A DNA stretch of 64,000 nucleotides from an uncultured Algibacter sp. Its GTDB lineage: Bacteria; Bacteroidota; Bacteroidia; Flavobacteriales; Flavobacteriaceae. Positions 56,501 to 64,000 of the stretch are shown one piece after another (the first letter of the stretch is position 1; each line of letters opens with the position of its first letter). The notes beneath the pieces were generated by a model. The model was not told the DNA's origin. It saw only the letters and a list, made by a program, of their open reading frames with translations, and did not search any database. The stretch is from assembly GCF_947495675.1 (NCBI RefSeq), contig NZ_CANLZX010000007.1, positions 23,224-87,223 of the forward strand, given 5' to 3'. The position numbers and the translations under genes were made by a program.

Positions 56501-58000
56501 TTAATTAGAAACCGCTTTTGGTGATTGTACTACGCCGTTTCCTTTTTCCCAACTCCAATAATCTATAGCCTTTCTGTTTTTATCCAATACATAATTCCAT
56601 TTTTTTAGATAAAATTCTTTGGGTTTAAAATCATCACCCACATCTTTTAATGCTTTTTGAAGTTTAGCGTCTAAGTCTTTTTGTAGTGTTTCAAACTCTG
56701 GTTTATCCAATAAATTATTCATTTGATACGGATCTTTAACGTTGTCAAAAAGTTGAGTTGCGCCTTGCGGACTACGTGTATAACTATATTGCTTGGTTCT
56801 AATAGCTCTGTAAGAAGGATCTTTATAACTGCTAGAAAAAGGACTCACTCCCATTATCAAAGCAACACGGTCTGCATTAGGATCTGGATTTTTTATTAAC
56901 TGAGAGATGTCTTCGCCCTCTATACTATTTGGTACTTTACTATTTGTTAAACCTAACAAAGAAGGTAAAATATCTGGTGTATTTATGGGTGCATTTACTA
57001 CAGCTCCTTTATTTTGATGAATACCTGGGTAGCTTATTAAAAACGGAACTCTAGTAGATTCATCCCAAGCTAATTGCTTTGTAAAAGGCACTTCTCCGTG
57101 ACCACCCATCATTTCTCCATGATCTGCAGAAAACACTATAATAGTATTCTCTAATAAATTTAATGCTTTAATTTTTGCTAAAACACTACCAATAGCTTCA
57201 TCTGTTGCTGTGCAATGTGCATAGTAGCCTTGTAATTCTTTACGTGTTTTTTCTTCTAAATTTTTAGGAACATTTGCGTTGATTTTTAAGCCTTCCGTTG
57301 GGTACATGTCTTTATACTTCTGAGGAGCGCTATAATGCGGAAAATGAGGTGTAGAAATAGAAATAAACATTAAAAATGGATTTTCATCATTTACGTGTTC
57401 ACTCAAATATTTATTAGCATCTTTGGTAATAGCAAAAGGCGAATATTCGTCCCAATATTTAATGTTTGTGTCTTCATTATCATAATAAGGCATTTTATTA
57501 TAATCGTGAGAACATTCTAAGGCTTTCCAATAGTCAAATCCTTGACGTCTTTCTTTAGGTATGTAATTAGAGCGTCCATGACCATCTAAATGCCATTTAC
57601 CCCAATAAGCAGTAGAATAGCCTTCTGTTTTAAAAATTTCGGCCATACATAATTCTTCTTCTGGCAAATACAAATCGTTTATAAACATCCCTGTAGATGT
57701 TGGGTACTTTCCGGTAAGTAAGGCGGCTCTATGCGGTGTACAAACAGGTGTTACCGAAACTGCATTTGTAAAATTTACAGACTCCTTAGCAAACTTATCT
57801 AGATTAGGTGTTTTAACATTGGTATCTCCAGCATATCCTAAAGCCGAACCTCTCCATTGGTCGGTTAAAATATAAACGATATTAGGCTTTTTATTAGATT
57901 GAATTGCTGATTTAGTATTCTCATTTTTTTTAATATTCGCACAACTTGATAGCGTTATGGTTACTATGGAAAAGACACCTAGAATTTTATATATTTTCAT
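56501..58000 (-). CDS. S1 sulfatase (lipoprotein), paralog of 5196..6695
   Basis: 499 aa, the same length as 5196..6695 and colinear with it. PNIVYILTDQWRGSALGYAGDTNVKTPNLD...TPVCTPHRAALLTGKYP gives a C-x-P-x-R motif. Confidence 0.9.
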   Translation of the reverse strand: MKIYKILGVFSIVTITLSSCANIKKNENTKSAIQSNKKPNIVYILTDQWRGSALGYAGDTNVKTPNLDKFAKESVNFTNAVSVTPVCTPHRAALLTGKYPTSTGMFINDLYLPEEELCMAEIFKTEGYSTAYWGKWHLDGHGRSNYIPKERRQGFDYWKALECSHDYNKMPYYDNEDTNIKYWDEYSPFAITKDANKYLSEHVNDENPFLMFISISTPHFPHYSAPQKYKDMYPTEGLKINANVPKNLEEKTRKELQGYYAHCTATDEAIGSVLAKIKALNLLENTIIVFSADHGEMMGGHGEVPFTKQLAWDESTRVPFLISYPGIHQNKGAVVNAPINTPDILPSLLGLTNSKVPNSIEGEDISQLIKNPDPNADRVALIMGVSPFSSSYKDPSYRAIRTKQYSYTRSPQGATQLFDNVKDPYQMNNLLDKPEFETLQKDLDAKLQKALKDVGDDFKPKEFYLKKWNYVLDKNRKAIDYWSWEKGNGVVQSPKAVSN

Positions 58001-58032
58001 TGCTAATCATTTAGAATTGTTTCAGGTATATA

Positions 58033-60909
58033 TTAATATTTTAAAAGTTTTACCGGTCCTTCTATACCTGTTGGAACAAGATCTTTGTATCTTCTTGTCC
58101 AACCATTTGTCATTTTATTGTCTTTAAGGGATTTAGCGTAATTTGCCAATACTGTGGTATAATGAATTTCTATTTCATTATTTCCTTTTTTAAGATAATC
58201 TTCTATATTATAAAGCGCTTTTCCGTACCAACGTTTCCCTACTTTTTGTCCATTTATGTACAACTCTGTAACTCCTTCGTTTACATCGCCTAAATCTAAA
58301 TGTGTAAAATCTGTTGTGTTACTTACCGTTGTTTTATAAATTATTTTTCCACCAAAACCACTTTGTGTGCTATCATTAGATTTGCTAAAATCGATAAGTT
58401 CTTTCATTTGCCACGTAAAAGTTTGCTTATCTATTTGATTTCCTGTTACGGTCCAATTCACATCTAATACTTTAGAATCTTTTATTTTAGTGCTTACAGG
58501 AACAGCTTTTACAGATGGTTTTTCGTCTTCAAAAATTAATAATAAAGATTCTAAAGGATTTAAACTGATGCTTAACTCATTTGTTTTAGAAGCGTAATAA
58601 TACGGTGTTCTTTCTCCTGTTTCAGGATTCCAAACCCAAGGGTATTTCCCTTCAACAGGAAATTTAGCATCAAAATTGGTGGTTTCGAATCTGTGTATAT
58701 TAGTAAAGAAGTAAATATCTTTATCGGCAGTAAACTGATGTAATTGATACACCTTTTTAGTTGGATTGCTAATTACAACATCTGCAGCAATTTTAGATTC
58801 TTTTAAGATCTGTTCTGTCCATGGCAATAAGTCATCTAAAGACTTTGGTTCTTTTACCTGAATAAAAGATTTAGGATTTTCTGCCAACAACTTATCTAAA
58901 GTACTTTTTACAATGTTATCATTTTTTTCAAAATCTTTAAAATGTAATGATTTTGTAGGTATTTGATCTACAACCACTACTTTTCCTCCAGATTCTACAT
59001 AGTTTTTTATAATGATTGTAGCCTCTGGACTAATCGATTTTAAGCTTGCTAAAACAAGTAAATCATAAGTCATATCACCAAAAGAAATAGTCCCTTCATT
59101 AATTACAGCCCCTTCTAAAACTCTTTGATTGATGTATTCACACGAATATCCTAACTGACTAATAGGCTCCCATAATTTATACAAATACCCTAAGTTGTTT
59201 TGTAGTTTGCCACGGTTTAATCCGTAATCTCCCCAGACATCTGCAGTTGGACCAACAATAGCCACCGATTTTTCTGCTTGCGAATTTTGGAAAACATAAG
59301 ATAAACGCGCATTATAATCTGTCCAATGACTTAAATGCTCCCACCATGTATTTCGTTCACTAAAATAAGTACCGAAACGCACCCAACCAGGAAACTCAAC
59401 TTCGGGTGGCGAATAATTATACCCATGCACTACAGTATGATTAATTCCTGTAATGAAATTCATATCATCATGCTGCTTTATCTCTTCTAGAGTTGCTTTA
59501 AAAACTCCATGTAAATTGGTAAATGCTTCACTACTTGTAATTTTCTTTCCTGTTAAGTGTGCCCCTGCAGATGCGTGCATGTTCCAAAGCATATACCCAT
59601 GACTCTCTTTCCATTTCCAAATAGAATCTTTCATTTCAACGGTATAAATCCAGTTATTACTTTCAGGAATATCTGGTATCATATTACCATCTAAAAGTCC
59701 CATTAAAAAAGGCGTACCATAGGCTTGGTAACGACATAACACATTATTTTCTTCACAAAAATCTTTATAAGTTTGGGTAAAGTTCTTTAAGAATGTTTCT
59801 ACCAATAGTTTATTATAATCATAACGTACACGCTTTAATTGATCTTTAAACTCTTGTGTGAAATTTTCAGAATATTTAGCTTTTGAATAATCATCATAAG
59901 CTAAATAAAATACAAAAGGCATCCAATTGTCTAATTTGTAACCATAGGTTTTGGAGAAAAGTTCAGCAAAACCATCTGTCCAGTTAGCACCAGAAACTTC
60001 TATACTATCACAAAACAAAGCTCTTATCAAATCGCTTAAAGGATATCCAGATCGCTCAGATATTTTCTTTAATCTATTTAAATACGCTAAGGTCATTTCT
60101 TTTTTATAATGATTCATTACGGGGCCTGCACCTCCTGGCGCACCTAATGTTACATCTCTAAAATTTTGTTGTACTAAGCCATAGCTTAAAAAGTAATTTC
60201 CTACTTTTTCTATCTTGTATGATAATTTTCCGTTGCTATCTATATGTTTTTTAAGATCTATCACCTCATTTGCATTCTCGCAATTTTCTGGTACTAACGT
60301 TACGTGCGATAGTTTGTAAATTGTACGCTCGCTAATGTGTTTTTGAGCACGATAGTTTTTATATTTTTCTTTATATAAATTGATAAGAAAAGGTTCATCT
60401 ACAGAAATAGTTTCTCCGCCTTTATAAGAGACATTATCGGAAACCATACGCTGGCAAGTTTCATCATCTTTAAGAAACTCTCCACCAAATGGCCAACCTG
60501 TACCGGCAATCATATCGGTAATCATGCCTAAATCTTTGGCTTTTTTACTAGCATGTACTACCATATCAATCCATTCGTCACTCATCCAAACTAAGGACTT
60601 ATCGCCATTATCAGGAGCTGCTGGCATACCAATAGGATTAATTTCTACACCACCAAAACCGACATTATAAAGCGATTCTAATTCTCTATCTAATTCTTTA
60701 GCTTTAATTTTATCTCCGTTCCACCACCAACGTACAAATGGACGGGCTTGGGCTGGTGGATTTTGGAATCCATTATAAAAATTTTGACTTGTCGATTCCG
60801 ATTTACCTTTATTACAACTACTTAAATTAATCAATGCGAATATTAACAGTACAAATATTGATAACTTTTTCAATTTGAAACTAACAAATACTCTTTTTAT
60901 GTTTTTCAT
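58033..60909 (-). CDS. Large secreted glycoside hydrolase, GH106-like (putative alpha-L-rhamnosidase)
   Basis: 958 aa. FQNPPAQARPFVRWWWNGDKIKAKELDRELESLYNVGFGGVEINPI is followed by a C-terminal jelly roll (VTELYINGQKVGKRWYGKALYNIEDYLKKGNNEIEIHYTT). The N- and C-terminal logic matches 50321..53713. Confidence 0.55.
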   Translation of the reverse strand: MKNIKRVFVSFKLKKLSIFVLLIFALINLSSCNKGKSESTSQNFYNGFQNPPAQARPFVRWWWNGDKIKAKELDRELESLYNVGFGGVEINPIGMPAAPDNGDKSLVWMSDEWIDMVVHASKKAKDLGMITDMIAGTGWPFGGEFLKDDETCQRMVSDNVSYKGGETISVDEPFLINLYKEKYKNYRAQKHISERTIYKLSHVTLVPENCENANEVIDLKKHIDSNGKLSYKIEKVGNYFLSYGLVQQNFRDVTLGAPGGAGPVMNHYKKEMTLAYLNRLKKISERSGYPLSDLIRALFCDSIEVSGANWTDGFAELFSKTYGYKLDNWMPFVFYLAYDDYSKAKYSENFTQEFKDQLKRVRYDYNKLLVETFLKNFTQTYKDFCEENNVLCRYQAYGTPFLMGLLDGNMIPDIPESNNWIYTVEMKDSIWKWKESHGYMLWNMHASAGAHLTGKKITSSEAFTNLHGVFKATLEEIKQHDDMNFITGINHTVVHGYNYSPPEVEFPGWVRFGTYFSERNTWWEHLSHWTDYNARLSYVFQNSQAEKSVAIVGPTADVWGDYGLNRGKLQNNLGYLYKLWEPISQLGYSCEYINQRVLEGAVINEGTISFGDMTYDLLVLASLKSISPEATIIIKNYVESGGKVVVVDQIPTKSLHFKDFEKNDNIVKSTLDKLLAENPKSFIQVKEPKSLDDLLPWTEQILKESKIAADVVISNPTKKVYQLHQFTADKDIYFFTNIHRFETTNFDAKFPVEGKYPWVWNPETGERTPYYYASKTNELSISLNPLESLLLIFEDEKPSVKAVPVSTKIKDSKVLDVNWTVTGNQIDKQTFTWQMKELIDFSKSNDSTQSGFGGKIIYKTTVSNTTDFTHLDLGDVNEGVTELYINGQKVGKRWYGKALYNIEDYLKKGNNEIEIHYTTVLANYAKSLKDNKMTNGWTRRYKDLVPTGIEGPVKLLKY

Positions 60910-60930
60910 TATTATTATTATTGTTGTTTT

Positions 60931-62829
60931 TTATCTCTTATATGAAAAATTCTCTGATCCTATCTTTTGCATGCGCATAAAAACGTGGCAAGCTGCTCTT
61001 ACTTTATAATTGCGATCATCCATATTATACACCTCGAGAATAGTTGCTTCATAAGGCTTTTTATTTTTAAGGTAAAGCAATTGATTAATAGCTATTAGAG
61101 CGACCTCCATATTTTCGCTTCGACAATATTCCTTTAATTTTTCTTCAGCTTCTTTGTTACCAAATTCATTAAATGCCATAGCAGAAGCCATTACAGCAAC
61201 CGGAAGATATGTATCTTTCATTGCTAAAATAATTTCTTGTTTATATGGCTTAATTAATTCTGAATTTTGAGAACGTAAACCAAGCATTGCCCAATAGCGT
61301 ACAAACTTATTTGAATCTGCTAATAAACAAATTTGTTTTTTTGTTACTTTCTCAGTCCGTTTACCAGAAAGAGATGCAGCAGTATAAATCTGCTTTATCG
61401 GATATTTATTGTTGTCTAGTCTAAACTCATAAGCTGTACTAGTTTGTGAAATTAACCCAATTTCATACTCAGGTAAAAAATGTATATCTCGCGTTTCTAT
61501 TATGTTCTTATCCAAAAGCTTTTGCATTTTTTTCAATACATTTTTGTATTTGGGATTTCCTGCTAAATTTTTAATCTCCCATATATCATTTTTAATATCG
61601 TAAAGATATTCAGCGGGGCGTTCCTCAAACAAACTCTTTTGTAATTCATTAAGAGTACCCTTTTTTAAATCACTTCGCATTTCCTTAGTAATATCACCAA
61701 CTTCTACATAACGAATAGAGCGCATTTGCGGAATATAGGGCATAAAATTTCTTGAATACATAAATCGACCATCCGTAATACTACGAACCAAATCTGGACC
61801 ATTATCAGCCCGATCTGCCGACAATTCCAAATAATCCACAATTTCAGAACGATTTCTACCTAATAATACCCTTCCAACCATATGGTCTGGTATTTTAGCT
61901 CCTACCAATTCTAAGATAGTAGGTGCTAAATCTTTAAAATCTATAAGTTCACTAGTTACAGTACCGCTTGTTCCCCAAGGAGAAAGATGCTTGTACTTTT
62001 CTGGAAACCATATTACAAAAGGGGCACGGTAACCTAAATTTATTCCATTGGTTTTTCCTCTAGGAATGCCCTCTCCATGATCGGCATAAAAGAAAATAAT
62101 AGTATTCTCTTTTAAATTGTCTTTTTCTAATCTATCTAATAATTCCCCTATTCTAATATCAGCAAGTTTTATCGAATTATAAACACGCGCAAAATGTTTA
62201 CGCATTTCTGGGGTGTCTTTATAAAAAGGAGGCATTTTAAATGCATCTTCGGCAATTCTTTCCTTTTCTGGAATTTGCCCTAATACATTTTCTAGATACC
62301 AATTATAAGGCTGGCTCATTGTACGTGATTGATGGGATTCCGTAAAATTAAAAACAGAAAAAAATGGTTGCCCTGGCTTTCTATTCCACCATCCTGCGGT
62401 ATTAGAACTTTCATTCCAAGCCTCTTTTGTAAAAGCTCTCATATTGGCCACATTGTAATCGGTTTTTACATTATTACTTACATAATAACCTTGCTGTTGT
62501 AAATAATATGGAAACCCTTTAATGTAATTTGGTATGGTATAATTACTACGATGGTTACCAGTACCCATTTTAAATGTATGCACGCCTGTTATTATTGCAC
62601 TTCTACTTGCAGAACACACACTACCCGTAGAAAAAGCATTTGTAAACCTTACCCCTTCCTTAGCTAGTTTGTCTATTACAGGTGTTCTAGCTTCTTGATT
62701 GCCATAACAACCAATAAACTGTGGAGATGTATCCTCTATAGTTACCCAAAGAATATTCGGTTTTTCTTGCGCTACTAAATTTGTTATGCTAAATATCGAG
62801 AATACTAATAATAGTTTTTTAATTATCAT
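60931..62829 (-). CDS. S1 sulfatase with a C-terminal HEAT/ARM-like helical repeat domain
   Basis: 632 aa. PNILWVTIEDTSP...GSVCSASRSAIITGVHTFKMGTGNHRS gives a C-x-A-x-R motif. The C-terminal ~170 aa are helical repeats (VRYWAMLGLRSQ..., LPVAVMASAMAFNEFGN..., EVALIAINQLLYL...). Confidence 0.85.
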   Translation of the reverse strand: MIIKKLLLVFSIFSITNLVAQEKPNILWVTIEDTSPQFIGCYGNQEARTPVIDKLAKEGVRFTNAFSTGSVCSASRSAIITGVHTFKMGTGNHRSNYTIPNYIKGFPYYLQQQGYYVSNNVKTDYNVANMRAFTKEAWNESSNTAGWWNRKPGQPFFSVFNFTESHQSRTMSQPYNWYLENVLGQIPEKERIAEDAFKMPPFYKDTPEMRKHFARVYNSIKLADIRIGELLDRLEKDNLKENTIIFFYADHGEGIPRGKTNGINLGYRAPFVIWFPEKYKHLSPWGTSGTVTSELIDFKDLAPTILELVGAKIPDHMVGRVLLGRNRSEIVDYLELSADRADNGPDLVRSITDGRFMYSRNFMPYIPQMRSIRYVEVGDITKEMRSDLKKGTLNELQKSLFEERPAEYLYDIKNDIWEIKNLAGNPKYKNVLKKMQKLLDKNIIETRDIHFLPEYEIGLISQTSTAYEFRLDNNKYPIKQIYTAASLSGKRTEKVTKKQICLLADSNKFVRYWAMLGLRSQNSELIKPYKQEIILAMKDTYLPVAVMASAMAFNEFGNKEAEEKLKEYCRSENMEVALIAINQLLYLKNKKPYEATILEVYNMDDRNYKVRAACHVFMRMQKIGSENFSYKR

Positions 62830-62863
62830 TATTTAAATTTTTAATAAGATTAATCTGCTTTAG

Positions 62864-64000
62864 TTATTCTATTTCTAATTTAGTACGTTCTGCTTTTAAA
62901 GAGGGTTTATTCCAATTAATAAACATTGATACAGCACCTTTTATTTGTTTTTCTATTAGAATTGGCTGTGCGTCTGGACCAAATACCTTAGCTGGTTTCC
63001 ATTTAGAACCTACTGCTGAAATTTCATCAAAAAAGAAAAACCCTTCTTGTTTTGGATAATGCCAAGTTGCTTTTTTAGGATCATTACCATTTACAGGGTT
63101 TAATACACCTAAAGTTACATCTGTTTTGTTTTTAAAACCAACATTAAGATTGTTAGTTAAATAGAATACAGCCCAATGCCAAGGTGCAAAATAACCTTCA
63201 AATTCGGGTCCATTATAAACTTGTCCCGGAATATTTATTTTTTTATCAATAGCATAAACATCTAAAATACCGCCTTGTGTTCGGTTGTTATAAATTCTCC
63301 AAGGCCCTTCGCCTAACCAACGTTTTCTATTAACATCTTTTGCTGCAACTTCAATTCCTATACCTGAATAATGATATTTGCCTTTTGTTAAAGTATAGGC
63401 ATAATCTAGAGCTATTTCTCCATTAGGCTTTAATGTCCATTTAAGAGTATCAAAACCTTTAGTATTTGTTGCTTCAATTATAAATTGATTTTCTTGTTTT
63501 GTAATAGTTGCTTTTGATGTTGATGATGTCTGGTTCTTTATAGATACATCGTCTGCTTTAAAGGTAAGAAAAGGGAAATTAGCTAAACTCGTTGCTTTAT
63601 CATTATCTAAAACGGATACTAATATTCCACTAGACTCATCAAAACGAAGTGTTGTTTTTCCTCTATGAAATGTAAAACCATCTTTTTTATCTTGCACAAA
63701 TGCTTTATTTTCTGATACTCTAAAACTATTTTTAGGTTCTGTAATAGGTAAGCGTTTATCATACACTAAGCGACCTTGGTTATCAAATACTTCGATAACA
63801 AGTGCATCATTTTTAATAAATGACTTTGGCAATGCGACTACTAATTGTCCTTTTTCTCCTGCCTTTATATTCGCTTTATTTACTGTTCCTGTTTTTATAG
63901 TTCTATGTCCGTTACTTGCAGCATCTGGGTTTGCAAAGTCAATCAATTTCCAATTAATAGTACATTGGTTAAGATTAACAAATGAAAATTTATTATGTAT
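62864..64000 (-). CDS. GH2 beta-galactosidase, C-terminal part (LacZ domain-5-like); the 5' end runs off the right window edge
   Basis: The track 'start' at 63946 is a TTG. I translated upstream of it and the frame stays open to position 64000 (...IHNKFSFVNLNQCTINWKLIDFANP...). WLGEGPWRIYNNRTQGG parallels the LacZ small-chain motif W-x-G-x-G-P-x-E-N-Y-x-D-R. Confidence 0.75.
   Translation of the reverse strand: MHNKFSFVNLNQCTINWKLIDFANPDAASNGHRTIKTGTVNKANIKAGEKGQLVVALPKSFIKNDALVIEVFDNQGRLVYDKRLPITEPKNSFRVSENKAFVQDKKDGFTFHRGKTTLRFDESSGILVSVLDNDKATSLANFPFLTFKADDVSIKNQTSSTSKATITKQENQFIIEATNTKGFDTLKWTLKPNGEIALDYAYTLTKGKYHYSGIGIEVAAKDVNRKRWLGEGPWRIYNNRTQGGILDVYAIDKKINIPGQVYNGPEFEGYFAPWHWAVFYLTNNLNVGFKNKTDVTLGVLNPVNGNDPKKATWHYPKQEGFFFFDEISAVGSKWKPAKVFGPDAQPILIEKQIKGAVSMFINWNKPSLKAERTKLEIE

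Noticed and set aside
1-64000. Identifying the window as the published Formosa-type ulvan PUL.
   Set aside because: The gene families overlap. However, I see no PL28/PL40-like lyase or GH88/GH105, there are far more GH78/GH106 genes, and the order is strictly unidirectional. Identity cannot be established without a database search.
1-64000. Mobile elements, tRNA/rRNA genes, CRISPR arrays, and defence or toxin-antitoxin systems.
   Set aside because: No transposase, integrase or recombinase-like ORF, no cloverleaf-like or rRNA-like segments, no spaced repeats, and no small paired ORFs were found. All coding capacity is accounted for by PUL genes.

Overview
AT-rich (about one-third G+C by eye) sequence of Bacteroidota/Flavobacteriia type, judged from the SusC/SusD pair, T9SS C-terminal sorting domains and lipoprotein-type signal peptides. 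All 32 credible genes lie on the minus strand with very short gaps. The window is therefore one uninterrupted slice of a very large polysaccharide utilization locus (PUL) that runs off both edges; a GH2 gene is truncated at each end.

Gene content:
- one SusC/SusD pair, with susC broken by a single in-frame TAA
- 7 Cys-type S1 sulfatases
- 4 GH78 and 2 GH106-like putative alpha-L-rhamnosidases, plus L-rhamnose mutarotase
- 3 GH2, 1 GH3, 2 GH43, a GH5-like enzyme, 2 GH39-like enzymes and another clan GH-A enzyme
- a DUF1080 protein, an AraA-family sugar isomerase and a BNR4-like beta-propeller protein
- a three-domain protein with a nucleoside-hydrolase-like module, a CBM-like protein and a polytopic membrane protein
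- four of these proteins end in T9SS sorting domains

The inferred substrate is a rhamnose-rich, heavily sulfated glycan (ulvan- or rhamnan-sulfate-like). I could recognise no polysaccharide lyase, GH88/GH105, regulator, sulfatase-maturing enzyme, transposase/integrase, tRNA/rRNA or CRISPR.

The most interesting signal is non-coding. Every long intergenic gap (8 of 8) carries the same phased direct repeat, TCCTG-N5-TCCTG on the plus strand (CAGGA-N5-CAGGA on the coding strand), 43-89 nt upstream of the next start codon. It expands to about 7 helical-phase copies in front of susC and to a perfect (CTGTA)5 microsatellite in front of a GH39-like gene. With four clear rho-independent terminators, this divides the locus into about 9 co-regulated transcription units.
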